A stretch of 63,843 bases of DNA, counting the filler, from Reticulomyxa filosa (taxonomy: Eukaryota > Protista > Foraminifera), in the NCBI GenBank assembly GCA_000512085.1. It is 18 parts of 18 records of this genome, joined end to end, with 100 filler letters (N's around TTAATTAATTAA, not from the genome) between each part and the next. Parts side by side here need not be neighbours in the genome. Positions count along the whole stretch, not along the records: positions 9,359 to 15,366 come from ASPP01008819.1; positions 15,467 to 19,558 come from ASPP01025663.1; positions 19,659 to 24,782 come from ASPP01006821.1; 15 more parts are not named here. One strand, 5' to 3'. The notes below the pieces were generated by a model. The model was not told the DNA's origin. It was given only the letters and a program-made list of their open reading frames with translations, and did not search any database. Within the stretch, counting starts at the first letter, position 1; each line of letters starts with the position of its first letter. Both the position numbers and the translations under genes were made by a program. Positions 11,460 to 23,965 of the stretch are shown one piece after another.

Positions 11460-13223
11460 TCATTGACTTGTGTCATTGCACAAAACAAGACATTTTTCTT
11501 TCCCTTGCCCAGTTTTGCTCAGTTTCAATTTAACAATACAAAAATTACAACAAAAATTTTTAAAATTTGATTCGGTTTGATCGGATATTTTTTTATTGTG
11601 TTGCTTGAACACATTTTTAATCTCATCAACTCTGTTTCCACCTTGATTTCTATCATTCCAAGTTTGTTTATCATTAAAGCGGCCTGTTTCTTCAGGCGCA
11701 TCCATCATTTTTTTGATTTTGGCAATTTTTTCTTCTTTTTTGACTTGTGTCTGTTGTTTCTTTTGGTTTTGTAGTTCCAAGTGTTCTCTTTTTTCTTGGG
11801 CAATAAGTTCTCTCTGTCGTTTAGTTCCAGCCAAATTTTGTTTTTTCCATTCGTCATCCCAATATTCACCAGTTTCCAAAGCAATATCAACTTTGCTTGG
11901 AACAGGCGGTGGTGGCCATGGTGTATATCTCCTTTGATTTTTCTGTTGCATTTTGCGTTTTGTTTTGCGAATTTGCTGTAACGTTCTTCGCCTCTGATCA
12001 TCTTTCAATTTATTTTGCCCATAAGATGTGCGAGGAAGTTTCTTAAACGTCGGCAAATATCGCGCCCAATTTTCGTCCTTTACATCGGATCTCGATTGCA
12101 GTTCACGTAACACCATCAATCGTTTCAATTGATAGATTGGATGGATATTAGCCATGCAATCCATTGTTATTTTACGCACCTTTTTTTTTTTTTAATAATA
12201 ACATGTGTAAGATGTACGTAGTATACGTATACAGTTACTGTTGTTCTCTCAATAGATAACACACTTTCCAAAAATTAAAAAAATAAAAAAATAACTTGTT
12301 TAATGCCTTGCATCGGACCAATTACACACACAGTTCTGCCAAAAACTAGTACATAACATTTGGTTAACACTTCGATTGCTTTCAGTGTTACTCCATTAGG
12401 CCCGATCAATCTCGCGCGCCGTTTTATAAATCGAGTGCGATTTCTGGACACATCGCCCTTTCCAATTTCTATTATATCACTGAACAAGTCATCATTCGTC
12501 ATTAGTTTCATTGCTTCTTCCATTGGGACATAACGGGAAATCAACCGGATCACGTCCCTTGCTTTTATTATACTGTAAGGATCAAACATTGAATTTGATG
12601 TTGTCACCGTCAATACGTGCTCTTCGAAGTTCGTCGACAATGCGACTCCAAAAGTGTTCAACCTTTTTTTTAACTTTTTTTTTTAAGGTAAAAAAAGGTT
12701 TAGATATTGTGCGCATCTGCGAAATTTTTTTTTAAAAAAAATCCCAAGTTAAAAAAAAAAGGGACATATGACACACCTCCGGAAGGATTGCTCGTATATA
12801 GTTGTCCCTGCTTTCCGGATAACGTGTTGCAAATGAACTTTCAACAACTGGTCCAGGACAAGGGTCTTCTTTGGTTGCTGGAACATGCTACGTTAACAGA
12901 TTTTAAAAGGCAAGAGGAAAGGAAACAAACCAAAAAAAAAATCTTTGTTTAACTTTTTTTCTTAAAAAAAAAGGGGCCACAGGGGACAAGATTAAAAAAA
13001 ATCTTAAAATAGTTCGATCTTTAACTTTCCACATTTTTTCTTGAAGCTCCTTTTCTGACAACTGTGGTTCTGACTTTTTCTTGGAACCATTATCTTGTTC
13101 GGATTTTTTTTTTATCTCAATTTTTGAAAGTTTGGACTTGGCAGGTTTTGACGTGCTAGTTGAATTCTTCAATTGTAAATCAAGTCGCGGCTTGCCTCGC
13201 CGCTTTTGAAAAGAACGACTCAT
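11460..13223 (-). CDS. KRR1: KRR1 small-subunit processome component (KH domain), multi-exon
   Basis: Motifs ESSFATRYP, DPYSIIKARDVIRLISR, RFIKRRARLIGPNGVTLKAIEVLTKCYVLVFGRTV, DCMANIHPIYQLKRLM and YTPWPPPPVPSKVDIALETGEY. Introns at 12180-12295, 12674-12777 and about 12896-13028; the exact 3' end is uncertain. Confidence 0.95.
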
Positions 13224-13748
13224 TTCAGGATATCTCTCTGGATTTCGTCGGCTGTTTTCTACTATGCCGGAATAATATTATGAAAAGGGGAAAAAAAGTT
13301 CAATTTTAAGCGGAAAAAAAGACTGTCAATTTTAATGACGTGAGAATACAAACGTAAATTCATGTTATGTTGATTTAAAAGAAGAAATAATATTTTAAAG
13401 TAAGTTGCAAGGCGACGGGGAAAAATGTTTAAATTATACACGGAATGCGATAATGTTAATGAAAAGCTTTTAAAGGAAATAAGATTTAAAACACAAGAAC
13501 GTTATTAACGTTATTTTTACAAATTGCAATTGCATTAGCCCACAGTGCTCTTAAATGAACCAAGATTGACTCTCCAATAAGGTTGATTTTTTCACAGAAT
13601 ATTGAAAAGAAAAATTAACACACGCAGCTGTGAAAATGGGGGGGGGGGAAAAAAAAAGAGCGTTAATTAAACACCTGGAACAAATAATACCCAAAACCAG
13701 AACACAAAGCCACTAACCAAAAAGCAAGGTATAAAAAAAGAAAAAAAC

Positions 13749-14678
13749 TTAGGTATTTTTTCGATTGTTCTTTTCCACCTCTTTGAGTGGCTTATCGTGA
13801 TGAAGATCAAGAACAAAGAGCCTTTTACCAGCCTTGAGCAGGACGATGAAATAACCAAGAGACATGAAGAACACAAAAGTTTCAGCAAACAAGGCGACAT
13901 TTTTAAGGGGCCCACAGTATGTGATTTCAAGGGTACTGTTGTAAGTGTAGTAGATGGTATATGCGAACCACAGAATTCTAGTGAGTGGATACGAGATGAT
14001 CAAAGCAACCCCACTCCAGAAATAGCCCGTGGTATTTTTGAAGAAGAGAGATATATATCTGGCGTTTAAAAAGATGGTACTGAATTCCAAGGCATAGCAC
14101 GCACAAGAGATGAACAAGCCTTCATACGGAATGTTTTCATAGAGCAAAAGGGCCCCCGGACACACCGAAAAAAACCCGCACAAATGATGGATCGTCATGA
14201 CACGGTTTTCGGACAAATGAAAATATTTGCGCACATACGATAACAAGTCCATCAAGAAATACGCTTGCGACAAGTTACACGCCAATTTATAAAACATCGT
14301 CAATCCGAAAGACAATTGCAATGTCCCATTGCTTGCCAATGGAACTGTCGGCGCTGGCGAAAGCACGTATGGAATACTCGCCATCGATGTCATGCAAGCG
14401 TGTGCCAAAGACATCATCACGTTCCCAAATTTGTCGATTTGCTCCATTTCGTTATCCTCTTTTTCTTTCGACTTTAATAGTACCTTGCCTTTGCTCCCGT
14501 TTGTTGTTGTTGTTGTTGTTGGCTGCTGCTGCAAGTATGATCGTCCTATCGACTTCCCCCACTCTTGGATCAACAAAAAGACCCCACAGCCACAACAAAA
14601 CACCAACAGGCTTGGAATATGTGTCCAAGGCGCTGTTATTGCTTCCGAATAACTTATATACGTTAATGCTCGTGTCAT
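13749..14678 (-). CDS. TLC (TRAM/LAG1/CLN8) domain membrane protein
   Basis: Intronless 309-aa ORF with several TM helices and TLC motifs YFLMDL, MTIHH, EFSTIFLNARY and LTRI. Confidence 0.8.
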   Translation of the reverse strand: MTRALTYISYSEAITAPWTHIPSLLVFCCGCGVFLLIQEWGKSIGRSYLQQQPTTTTTTNGSKGKVLLKSKEKEDNEMEQIDKFGNVMMSLAHACMTSMASIPYVLSPAPTVPLASNGTLQLSFGLTMFYKLACNLSQAYFLMDLLSYVRKYFHLSENRVMTIHHLCGFFSVCPGALLLYENIPYEGLFISCACYALEFSTIFLNARYISLFFKNTTGYFWSGVALIISYPLTRILWFAYTIYYTYNSTLEITYCGPLKNVALFAETFVFFMSLGYFIVLLKAGKRLFVLDLHHDKPLKEVEKNNRKNT

Positions 14679-15689
14679 GATTCCAGGTTTTTTTTTTAAA
14701 CAAAGTCGTGGAAAACAAATTTTTTTTGGTGGGCACGTGATAACATATTTTACTTTTTTCCATTTTACTTGAACAGTCTCAGTTTCGGCCTTATTCTTCG
14801 ACTTATGTACCCTTCACTTGAGCCTCTTAATTTTTGCTTACTACAAAGTGTAGCCTTTTTTTTTAATACTGTTAAGAAGCCCTTGGCATAAGAGAATAAA
14901 GAACAACCCAAGCGCGTAAATTAATTCTTGGAAACGACAGAGGAAGGGAAAAAAAATTAGAGAACAGAAACAACAAAAAAAGTTTTTAAGAAAGGATTTT
15001 TTTGGTGAACTGGAATCTTGTTTAATCTCAATTATTTCATTAAGCTGTTTGTTGTCCATTAACAAGCAGAATTGCATTTTTAGGCCTTTATACTAATATC
15101 TCAATTGTCCTCCGTTATTAATTTTGTCCTTTGCTTATGCCTGTTTTTTTTTTTTTTTTTTTTTTTTAAGTCTGTATTTGCAGGTGAAATCTGAAGTTTG
15201 CTTGACGTGTTTGTGTAGTAGAAGCAGCAAATAAAACGTACAATGAATTATCAGCACCAGCCGCCGAACAATGTTCCCCCACCTCCAGGTTTTGTAAATC
15301 CTTGATTTGTGCGTTTGTAGTCGGAGCATTGTTTTGTCAGAGACAATTAATTCATCTAAAAAAAAGNNNNNNNNNNNNNNNNNNNNNNNNNNNNNNNNNN
15401 NNNNNNNNNNTTAATTAATTAANNNNNNNNNNNNNNNNNNNNNNNNNNNNNNNNNNNNNNNNNNNNGTATAGTTACTGAAGAGGACGTACGATGATGGGC
15501 ACCCTCTGCCAACCACCAAACAAGAAATAGTCGCTCTTTCCAAGACCAAACTGGCTATTGGGTAAGAGCAAATGATTTTGTTACTGGGGTTTTTTTGTTG
15601 TTTTTTTTTTCATCTCCTTGACCCATCACTTTCTTAACCTCACTATGCTGAACGAAAGACAACGTACGTAATAATAACAATGATAGGTT

Positions 15690-16360
15690 TCATGTCAATC
15701 GTTGTGGAGTGTGTCAAAGTTCTGCTTGCTTGTAGTTCTTTTTGTTGCTGCTGATTGTTCTTTGCAATGGACAAACAAGCAAAAAAAGGTATTACCAACT
15801 TTTCTTGGTGGAAAAACACTGATGAACCCTATTTCATTAAGTTCAAGAGATTCGCTGAACCTTACATCATTGCTCAAAGAGTCGGATTACACTTGTTTCG
15901 TTTGTTTTCTTTTTGTTTTTTTTTTTAAACATATCTGTTCCATTTGTGTGGGAGGGGGGGGTGACTATAGATATGATCCAAGATACCGAGGTTTTACTCT
16001 TTCTTTTCCTTTTTTTTTTTTTTTTTGTTCCTTTTTTTGAAATTAAACCGCAAAAAACAATTGTTTGGAAATGATTGGTCAAAAATAACACCAGGATATA
16101 GCTTAAATAAAGTTGTACATTTTTGGTATATGGGACAAGTGCAAAAATATTCATTTGTAGTGCTACCTGACGTATTTGTGGTCGCTCCTCAACACCCCGC
16201 ATCTTCTGATAATATAAAATGGAAGACGGTTTTGCAAAAACAAAAAGCATAAACAAACAGTAAACTAGTCCCTATAATAATTGTTTGTTTGAATGTTCCA
16301 GGAACGATACAGAAAGATGTGGGTAAATACACTTTTCAATGTCTCAAAAGGGGAAATTGA
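15690..16360 (+). CDS. Small putative secreted protein, multi-exon, unknown family
   Basis: Signal-peptide-like FCLLVVLFVAADCS followed by protein-like segments (NDWSKITPGYSLNKVVHFWYMGQVQKYSFVVLPDVF) separated by homopolymer-rich introns. The gene model is uncertain. Confidence 0.4.
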
Positions 16361-17156
16361 TAACAGAATTGACTGTTGTGGGTATATTGCAAGTTGATTT
16401 TTATAATAAAAAAAAAAGTAAGTATTATGCCCCACTATCACATTATTCATAGTTTTCTGCATTTTATTTTGAAGCTAAAAAAAAAATCATTGAGTTACAT
16501 TTCGTGAACTTTTATGTTCTTTTTTTTTGTTAGAGAATATATTTTTGTTATTGACTTTTGGAATGTAAGTTCCATTGAAAGCTTTGATTGAAAGACATAT
16601 TACAAAGATATCTCACAACGTTACTGAAATGTTTTGAACAAAACACTTAACAAAAAACGAAAGAGTAGGTTGAGTTATACAAACTCAAAGAAATATACCA
16701 TCCCAAATTTCTAGACATTCCTTCTCGTCAGTACACACAGAACCGAACTTTCTCACGGAGAGCCATTTCCACACATGTTACAGTTTTTTTCCCCTTGACG
16801 AAATGGAACCCCCAGGATTCGGACAAAAAAAAAAAAAATAATCATTTTTACAAAGAACATTCAAATACTTCTTTGTTGTTTTTGATACATTTTTTTGTTG
16901 TTGGGAAAAGTTCAGAATAACGGAAGAGGAAAGAGGATGGGGGAAAAAAGAAAAGAAAAGAAAAAAAAAGAAAAAAAAGTAATTTTTTTTTTTTTTTTTT
17001 TTGCGCCAATAACATTGCTCAAATGAAAGAGAGGAGCACAATCATGCCCAGTCCCGATGAATTCCATTTCTACTTTGTGAGTCCATTTGTTCAAATACTG
17101 TAAAAAGAACAAAGATGATAATATAAAGTAATATACACATGCATATATACAAATAT

Positions 17157-18135
17157 TCATATAAAGCATATGTGAAATGTACGTGAGAGGGGTAAATTTA
17201 CAACGTAACATTGTCTCATTTGCAATTCGAGCATGGTGACAACATTGCTCATGTCTTCAGTAGGATTTCGCGCATGCGATGAGGGGTGATGTTTGACATC
17301 TGAGTTTCGGCCGGGATAAACAGCTGAATGTCCTCCGCCTTGTTTGGCGGAATTGTGATTGGTATTGTTTGCAGTAGCTTGCGAATTTTTGGTCTTACCA
17401 TTGCCATTGGTATTGGTATTATTAATAACATTGGTTGGCACCTGATTGGAAATGTATTTATCAGCTCCTATGGGATTAATGGAATTAGATTGAGACGAAT
17501 GTCGCTGCAACGCTTGTTCAAACACGTCGATTTGCTGTTGTATTTGTTGCATCGACTTGGCCAACTCTTGCTTTTGAGGATGGTTGGGCTTCAGCACTGC
17601 CAGCACTTCATATCGCGCCTTCATCGTTATCATATCCACTTTCAATTTCTGGATGCGTTCACGCATACGTATTTTGATATCCTTGTTATTGTTACGCTTG
17701 GCCTGGCCATTGGTTGTCGTCGTCGTCGTCGTCGTCGTCGTCACACTGCGACCATTTTTATTTACATTGCCATTTGCATTGATAGCGACGTTTGTCTCAA
17801 TTTCAGTCTCAGCCTCGGCCTCAGCCTCACCCTCAGCCTCAGTTCCAACCTCCGTCCCCGTCCCCGCCTCCGCCTCCGTTTCCTCGGATAATCGCAAAGG
17901 CGAAGAAAAGTCAATTTCGGGAACCTCGATCGTGATGACAGGAGGAATGGGACTAACGGGGACATTCACGTCAATCATTTCGTTTAGCCCGTTTCCAACC
18001 ATAATCGCTGACAATCGGTTTGTTTTCATATCCTCGTCATTTTCATTCTCGTTTTCATGTTCAGTTTTGTTTGTGTTTTCTTTCTCTCGGGCATGATTAT
18101 CTATCGATTCTTTTTTATTATTATTATTATTATTA

Positions 18136-18170
<35 letters not shown>

Positions 18171-18345
18171 GGCATTGTTTGTGGAGTCGGGCTTGTGATT
18201 GGAAGACCAAACGGTCATTTGTTGCAACAGTTTTTGCGCTTGGCCAAACGTGGCTTTCATTTGTTCGTTTTGTATTTCTTGATTTCGTTGCATGTCGCGC
18301 TTCTCTAACTTTTTTTAAAATAATAATTTTTAAAAAAAAAAAAAA

Positions 18346-18381
<36 letters not shown>

Positions 18382-19513
18382 GTTAAATACAATTTATTCG
18401 TACATACAAAATATACATACACCATTGTACGTACATATATGTGTATACACATATGTTATATTTAAAGAAATGAAAGCAAACCAGTAATTGTTCAATCCTT
18501 TTGCACAGCTTATCTCTTTGCGTGAAAGAGTTTTTGAGCTGTGCGATGGCATCTCGATGGGCGACGACATACTCTTGCAATCGCTCGCGATGTACGTCCC
18601 AAGAGCGTTTCAACTTGCTGTGTTCCAGCTTCAAGTCGTTGAGTTCTTTTTCCAACGCCTTCGTGGAAGTGAGGTTGAAGTTGATATTGGCATTATTATT
18701 GCGATTGCCATTGCTATTGACATTGGTATTGGTATTAGCATTAGCACTCAAAAAAGAAGAAGAAGAAGGTTTATTAGCAAGGCCGGTGAGATCTTGTTGT
18801 ACTTTATCCATTTGTTCGCAGCAAGTGCTTGTCAAAGTCAGTGATAAATACAGCATTTGACGATGCATTTTGTCGATTAGATAATCAATGATAGTAACAT
18901 ATCCGTGTTCATTCCCTTGCCCTTGCAATTGTTGTTGTTGTTGTTGTTGTTGTGATTGCTTCTTTTTCTCCTCCTCGGTAACGGGTTGAAATAAGTAGGT
19001 GGACCATTGTCCACTTTTCAAATCTTGCAAAAACGTCTTCAAAGGATTGCACTCGGGCAGGACCACGTTGACATTGGCAAACGAGATGCTTTTCAAATAG
19101 CTCATGAAAAAGAAGCGAATGCTGTGGAGCAAGCGGAACAAGCGACCAGTCGTGTATCCACGAGGAGAGTGGTATACTGCTACCGGCGGACATGCCGTCA
19201 GGTCTTCCTGCACGTGCACTTGTTGTTGTTGTTGTTGTTGTTGTTTTGTATATTGCTTCATAAGGTCATTCACAAGTTTCAATATGTCCTCCACGTACTG
19301 GTAACACTGTTGCTCTTTTTCATTCATCTCATCACGCTTCAAGGCCTTGCTCACCGCGCTGATCGTCTCGCGCGATCCTCGGTTCAACTCGTCCAAACTT
19401 CCGTTTCTCCACACGTAGTAGTTCATGTGATGCTGGCTCAACTCTTGATACCAAAAGTCGCGTTGCTCTACATCGCCCACGCTTATACGTACTTTGTTCG
19501 TTAACAAATCCAT
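17157..19513 (-). CDS. Large coiled-coil, low-complexity protein (poly-Q/N/T), 5'-partial
   Basis: Two long ORFs (376 and 378 aa) joined by an intron at about 18310-18482, with heptad-like segments. The first residues (VRISVGDVEQRDFWYQEL) resemble the end of a PH domain. Confidence 0.75.
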
Positions 19514-19515
19514 CT

Positions 19516-19548
<33 letters not shown>

Positions 19549-20138
19549 GGGGGGGGGGNNNNNNNNNNNNNNNNNNNNNNNNNNNNNNNNNNNNNNNNNN
19601 NNTTAATTAATTAANNNNNNNNNNNNNNNNNNNNNNNNNNNNNNNNNNNNNNNNNNNNGGAAAACTCAGAGCTTTCAGGGATGTTGATGCTGATGGTAAT
19701 GATGATAATAATGATGAAAAGAATGAAGATAATGAAAGCGAAGATGAAATTGAAAATGGTCATCATGACAATTATTGTAATCATTCAAGCTACGGATTAC
19801 CTTGGGAATCTTGCCAATCTTTTATCCAATTGAACGGGATATTGTGCAATTTGGAGACGAATTTACAAATATTTGTCAACAAGGAGTGCCAGCGATGAGC
19901 AATGCTGGGAAAACAATGACTGAGCATTGATATTTAAGACGTTACTTTTTGCCATGTTTATTAATGTTGCCTCATTTCTAAACTTTGTACACAGTAAATG
20001 TTGAATTTGTTCGCACTTTATCTCATTTATGATGTTCGATTAAATCCAAAAAAATCTTTTATCAAAACAGTAATTACAAAACGAAAGAAAAAAGTGCATT
20101 CTTTTGTGCTATCCACAGTTTTCTTCATATAAGAAATG

Positions 20139-23100
20139 TTATTCTTTTAATAAGGCAAGAACGTTGGTATTTTTTTCCAAACGGTTTGCCATTTCTGCCG
20201 GTGTTTCTTTGAGCTATTTTATGTATGTGTCTTGTCTACGTTGGAAGATATGAACAAAAAAAAACAAGCCCAACTAGAGTTTTACTTTTCATCGACAACA
20301 ATTCACTCCAAATTTTAGAAGGTATCAACACACGTAAGCATTGCAATCGAGTCAAATCTCCATCGCTTTTGTTCATTAGGCTTAAGTGAATAAGATTGTA
20401 TCCTTCCCATTTTTCCTGGATGTACAACATTTGCACATTACATAAAATTCCAACAACAAAAAAACGAAACAAAAAACAAAACATTGTTTTGTGCGGTCAT
20501 ATTCCAAAAAGAAATGTCTGGAGACTTTGGAGTTAGCAACGTGATAATTTTATTGTTGATTTCTCTTGAGTTTTGAATAGCGAACATTAATGGAGTACAA
20601 GCATACTGTAAATATGTATTTTTTTTAAAGAAGAAAAACAGAGAAAATCTCATGAAAAAAATTAAATAAATTTTCCATGCATCTCAAACACGCAACTGCA
20701 TCTACAGTGCAAAGTAATCTTTGCCACGACTCACTGGACATGAGATCGTTCAATATGAATAAGCGTTCTTGCACATTGAGAAGAGGTTCAAAAAATAGCA
20801 AATGTAATAACGTTCCTTCATTCTGTGAAAAAATATACACAATAAATACACGTTGACGTGTAATATAAATGTATTTTAAAAATTAAACTAAAAGTGGGCC
20901 GGATTTTTGTTCCCAGAACACGGTATTAGTGCGGTAATCTTGCGGGATAAATTGTTCGATGGCTTGCTTAGAAAAACTGGAGTGATGCCATAATATTTCC
21001 ATTAACGGAGTGCACTTGCGCTTGAATGTAAAACAGATTCACAAAGTAGACAACAAAAGCCTTAGAAGCAATAACAATAACAATAAAAATATAAACAGAT
21101 ACAGGTATTTCATACGTATTTGTCTTGCAATTGAATATAATTTTCCCATGTCTTCTCTTCCGTAATCTTTGTTTTTAAAAAATTCACCATTGTGGATAAA
21201 TCAATACGAGAATTTTTCGCACCCAAGTGAATGCAGGACATTTGAAACTACAGTTGGTTTCAATGAGATAAATCATGTTACATATACAGAATATGCAAAA
21301 AAAAAAAAAAAAATAACAATTATAATAATGTTATTTGCTTGATTAACTTTGTTCAACGAGGTCCAAATTTGCGTGTCATTTTCCCATTCAGGAGGAACAA
21401 ACAGCTGAATTAATTGAATGGATGGCTGCACACTAAGTGCGGCCATCATAGGGAAGTTACCATAAATATCTGCTTCAGCCAATTGTTTCTTAACAACTTG
21501 AAGAGGAATGAATTTACCACTTTGTAATAACTCTTTGCAACAATGATATTGCAGATCGCCATGGTTGGCCATTTGTATCATAAAGTTGGCACCAGAGACT
21601 TCTTTGTGATTCAAAATAAAATTGGAAGATTGGAACTGCAAAGGATGGAATAGCATTAAGGGAGCCAAGGAATGATGACCAAAACCAGAAACTCGCAATT
21701 GAAAATCAAAAGAATTGATTCGAAGCTGTTGCAACAACCCGACAGTGAACTCTTCATGGCGTATAATTTCGTACAGTTGATGTTGTTGGTGTTTAAAGGA
21801 CGCCATTGAAGCAAGCAGCAATTGCACCTCACAAACAATGCTTTGTTCGTTTTGAGTAAAAATTATATTAAATTTAATATCTTTATATTCTTTTGGAATG
21901 GCAATTTCAAATTTCTGACTTCCAATAGTGGCTGAAAGATTGGAAGAAGTAGCAACCTTTTCTTCTGTCTCCGGATTATTTTGCTGTTGCTGTTGTCTTT
22001 GTTCAGTCTTTTTTTCAGATTTAATTTCAAAGCCATTTTTCACTCGCATAATTCGCAAACTGGTATTATGGCTCCCAACAACCTTAACAAAAGTAAGCAA
22101 TCCTTGATAAAAAATGCTCAAGAGTATCAAAAGTCACCTGACATCGAATGATGTCAATAATATGTGCCGACTTTGGAAAAGCTTCATTTCGGTATTCAGT
22201 TTGTGCTTTGATTTTGCACCGATCAAAAGTCTTGATCGGACCGCTTTCAAACAGACAGCCCTGACAGTCTTGAAAGATCGACTGCATCTGTTGTTGAAAG
22301 GGGTCATTTAATTCGTGTGCCCTTGCAATCAATTCATTCAAATATACATCAAAATCATACGCGTGTTTGGGATGGAATTCCACGTTATTACTTTTCAATT
22401 GGATTTGCAACAACTCCATCTCATTGAGTCGAGAGTGAAGCCCGTTGAGATCACTGTCTTGTCTCCACGCATGTTTGTCTTTGAATTGAGAGAGAATATC
22501 GGTATATTTCCAATGACAAATTTGTGCAAATACTTGTTCATTGTGATTAATTTCTTCTTTCAATTGCCTTTGAAATGAATGGATTTGCTTCAATGTCTGA
22601 GCATCACATAGATCTTTAATTTGTTGCCATTTGATTTGAGAGCCATTCCCCACTTGATCAAGCCAAACCAACAATTTTTGATTGCCCAAAACAAATTCTT
22701 CAACCCATTGCCAATCATTGGTGTGTTTAGACAATGTGTCTACATTCAACAATTGCTTGCATTGATCATACAATGCATCCCACATTTGTGATGGATCAAA
22801 CATCCAACATAAATTAAACATATCTGTGCTAAAATACTTCCGATCTTTGATCATTGCTTTTATTACTTTGCACAATGTTTTCATCAGTGTTGCACGTTCT
22901 TCCTCCAATGTGTTCTCCTTAATATACAACCACAATAACTCACTTTTGGATTTCTCTTTCATATATTCCAATGCACTTTCACGCATCTCCCGGTCTTTTT
23001 CATCCAAATACTTTCCATTCAGCAATAATTTCACACCTTCTTCATTTTGGTATTTTATTGCTAACTCAATGCATCATCCCACCTTTCTTTGCTCGGCCGA

Positions 23101-23640
23101 AATTTCTCTGATTCTAACAAGTAGCGCGCACATTTCACATTATTGACACTTGATGGATGGATCAAGTGGCTTAACAGATCACTCTTTTTTATCCGTCCCC
23201 GTCATTTGTCAAAAAAAAATTTATAGATATGTATATGTACGTATATAGTTTTATTACAAGTTTATGATTCATTTTTCTTTTTTTTTTTTTTGATGTAATG
23301 TACCAGAAAGCCACGAAATTCCACTGCTTGTTGAGCTAGTATTTCTTTGTCAGGTTGAAATCTTTCTAATATATCCACAAATAGTTCTTCTTTTCTCTCC
23401 CACGCATAATCGCATGCATAAAACAGTAACCGCTCCTGTTAATAGACAAAGTAAATAGTTTTGCTTGGGTTGCGTTCCTCAATGTTTTTGTTTTCTTTTC
23501 ATCAAACTGCGCGTTGATCGTTGTCTGAGATTTTCTCAATTTCGAGAACTCGTTGTGCATATAATTTGTCCTTTTCACACCAATCAATTTTCTTTGTTGG
23601 TTTCTTCACGTCTTGTCTTCTGTCCGACGTCCAACACAGA
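20139..23640 (-). CDS. Ankyrin-like repeats + RelA/SpoT-like nucleotidyltransferase domain + C-terminal ankyrin-like repeats; multi-exon, two single-base frameshifts
   Basis: Central motifs GPIKTFDRCKIK, DIIRCQV, RVKNGF, YKDIKFNI, CEVQLLL and HQLYEIIR. Ankyrin-like units include LLFYACDY, ELAIKYQNEEGVKLLL, GNFPMMAAL, CTPLMEIL, GTLLHLL, CTPLMFAIQ, GYNLIHL and ETPAEMA. The stop is TAA at 20139-20141; the start is not located. Confidence 0.75.
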
Positions 23641-23965
23641 AAGAAATTACTTTAAGCGCATTCTAGTATAATTTAAAAAGGATAGAATGAAGAAAAAAAG
23701 ATCACATGTCCGCATTGTCTTTTTTTTCATCAGTTTTCGTTTGATATATTTTCTCCATATTATAGTTTTTTTCAGGACAGCAAGAAGGACCTTGAATTTT
23801 AAAAAATTGCACTGTCAAGTTAATTACATGGAAAAATGGCAACATAGACCTGCATTTGAGATGCAACTACAATTGAATGAGAAGAGAGCGAACAAGCAAG
23901 CACCGTTATTGAATCACCAAAAAAGCTCGTGCAAAAAAGAAAAGCGGATTGAATAATTAAAGAAT

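Noticed and set aside
17328-19504. Long antisense ORFs opposite real genes (also 25102-25734, 30447-30860, 48040-48421, 51122-51742, 57947-58591)
   Set aside because: They are shadow frames of GC-richer coding sequence and triplet repeats (poly-I/V/S/L), with no domain signal.
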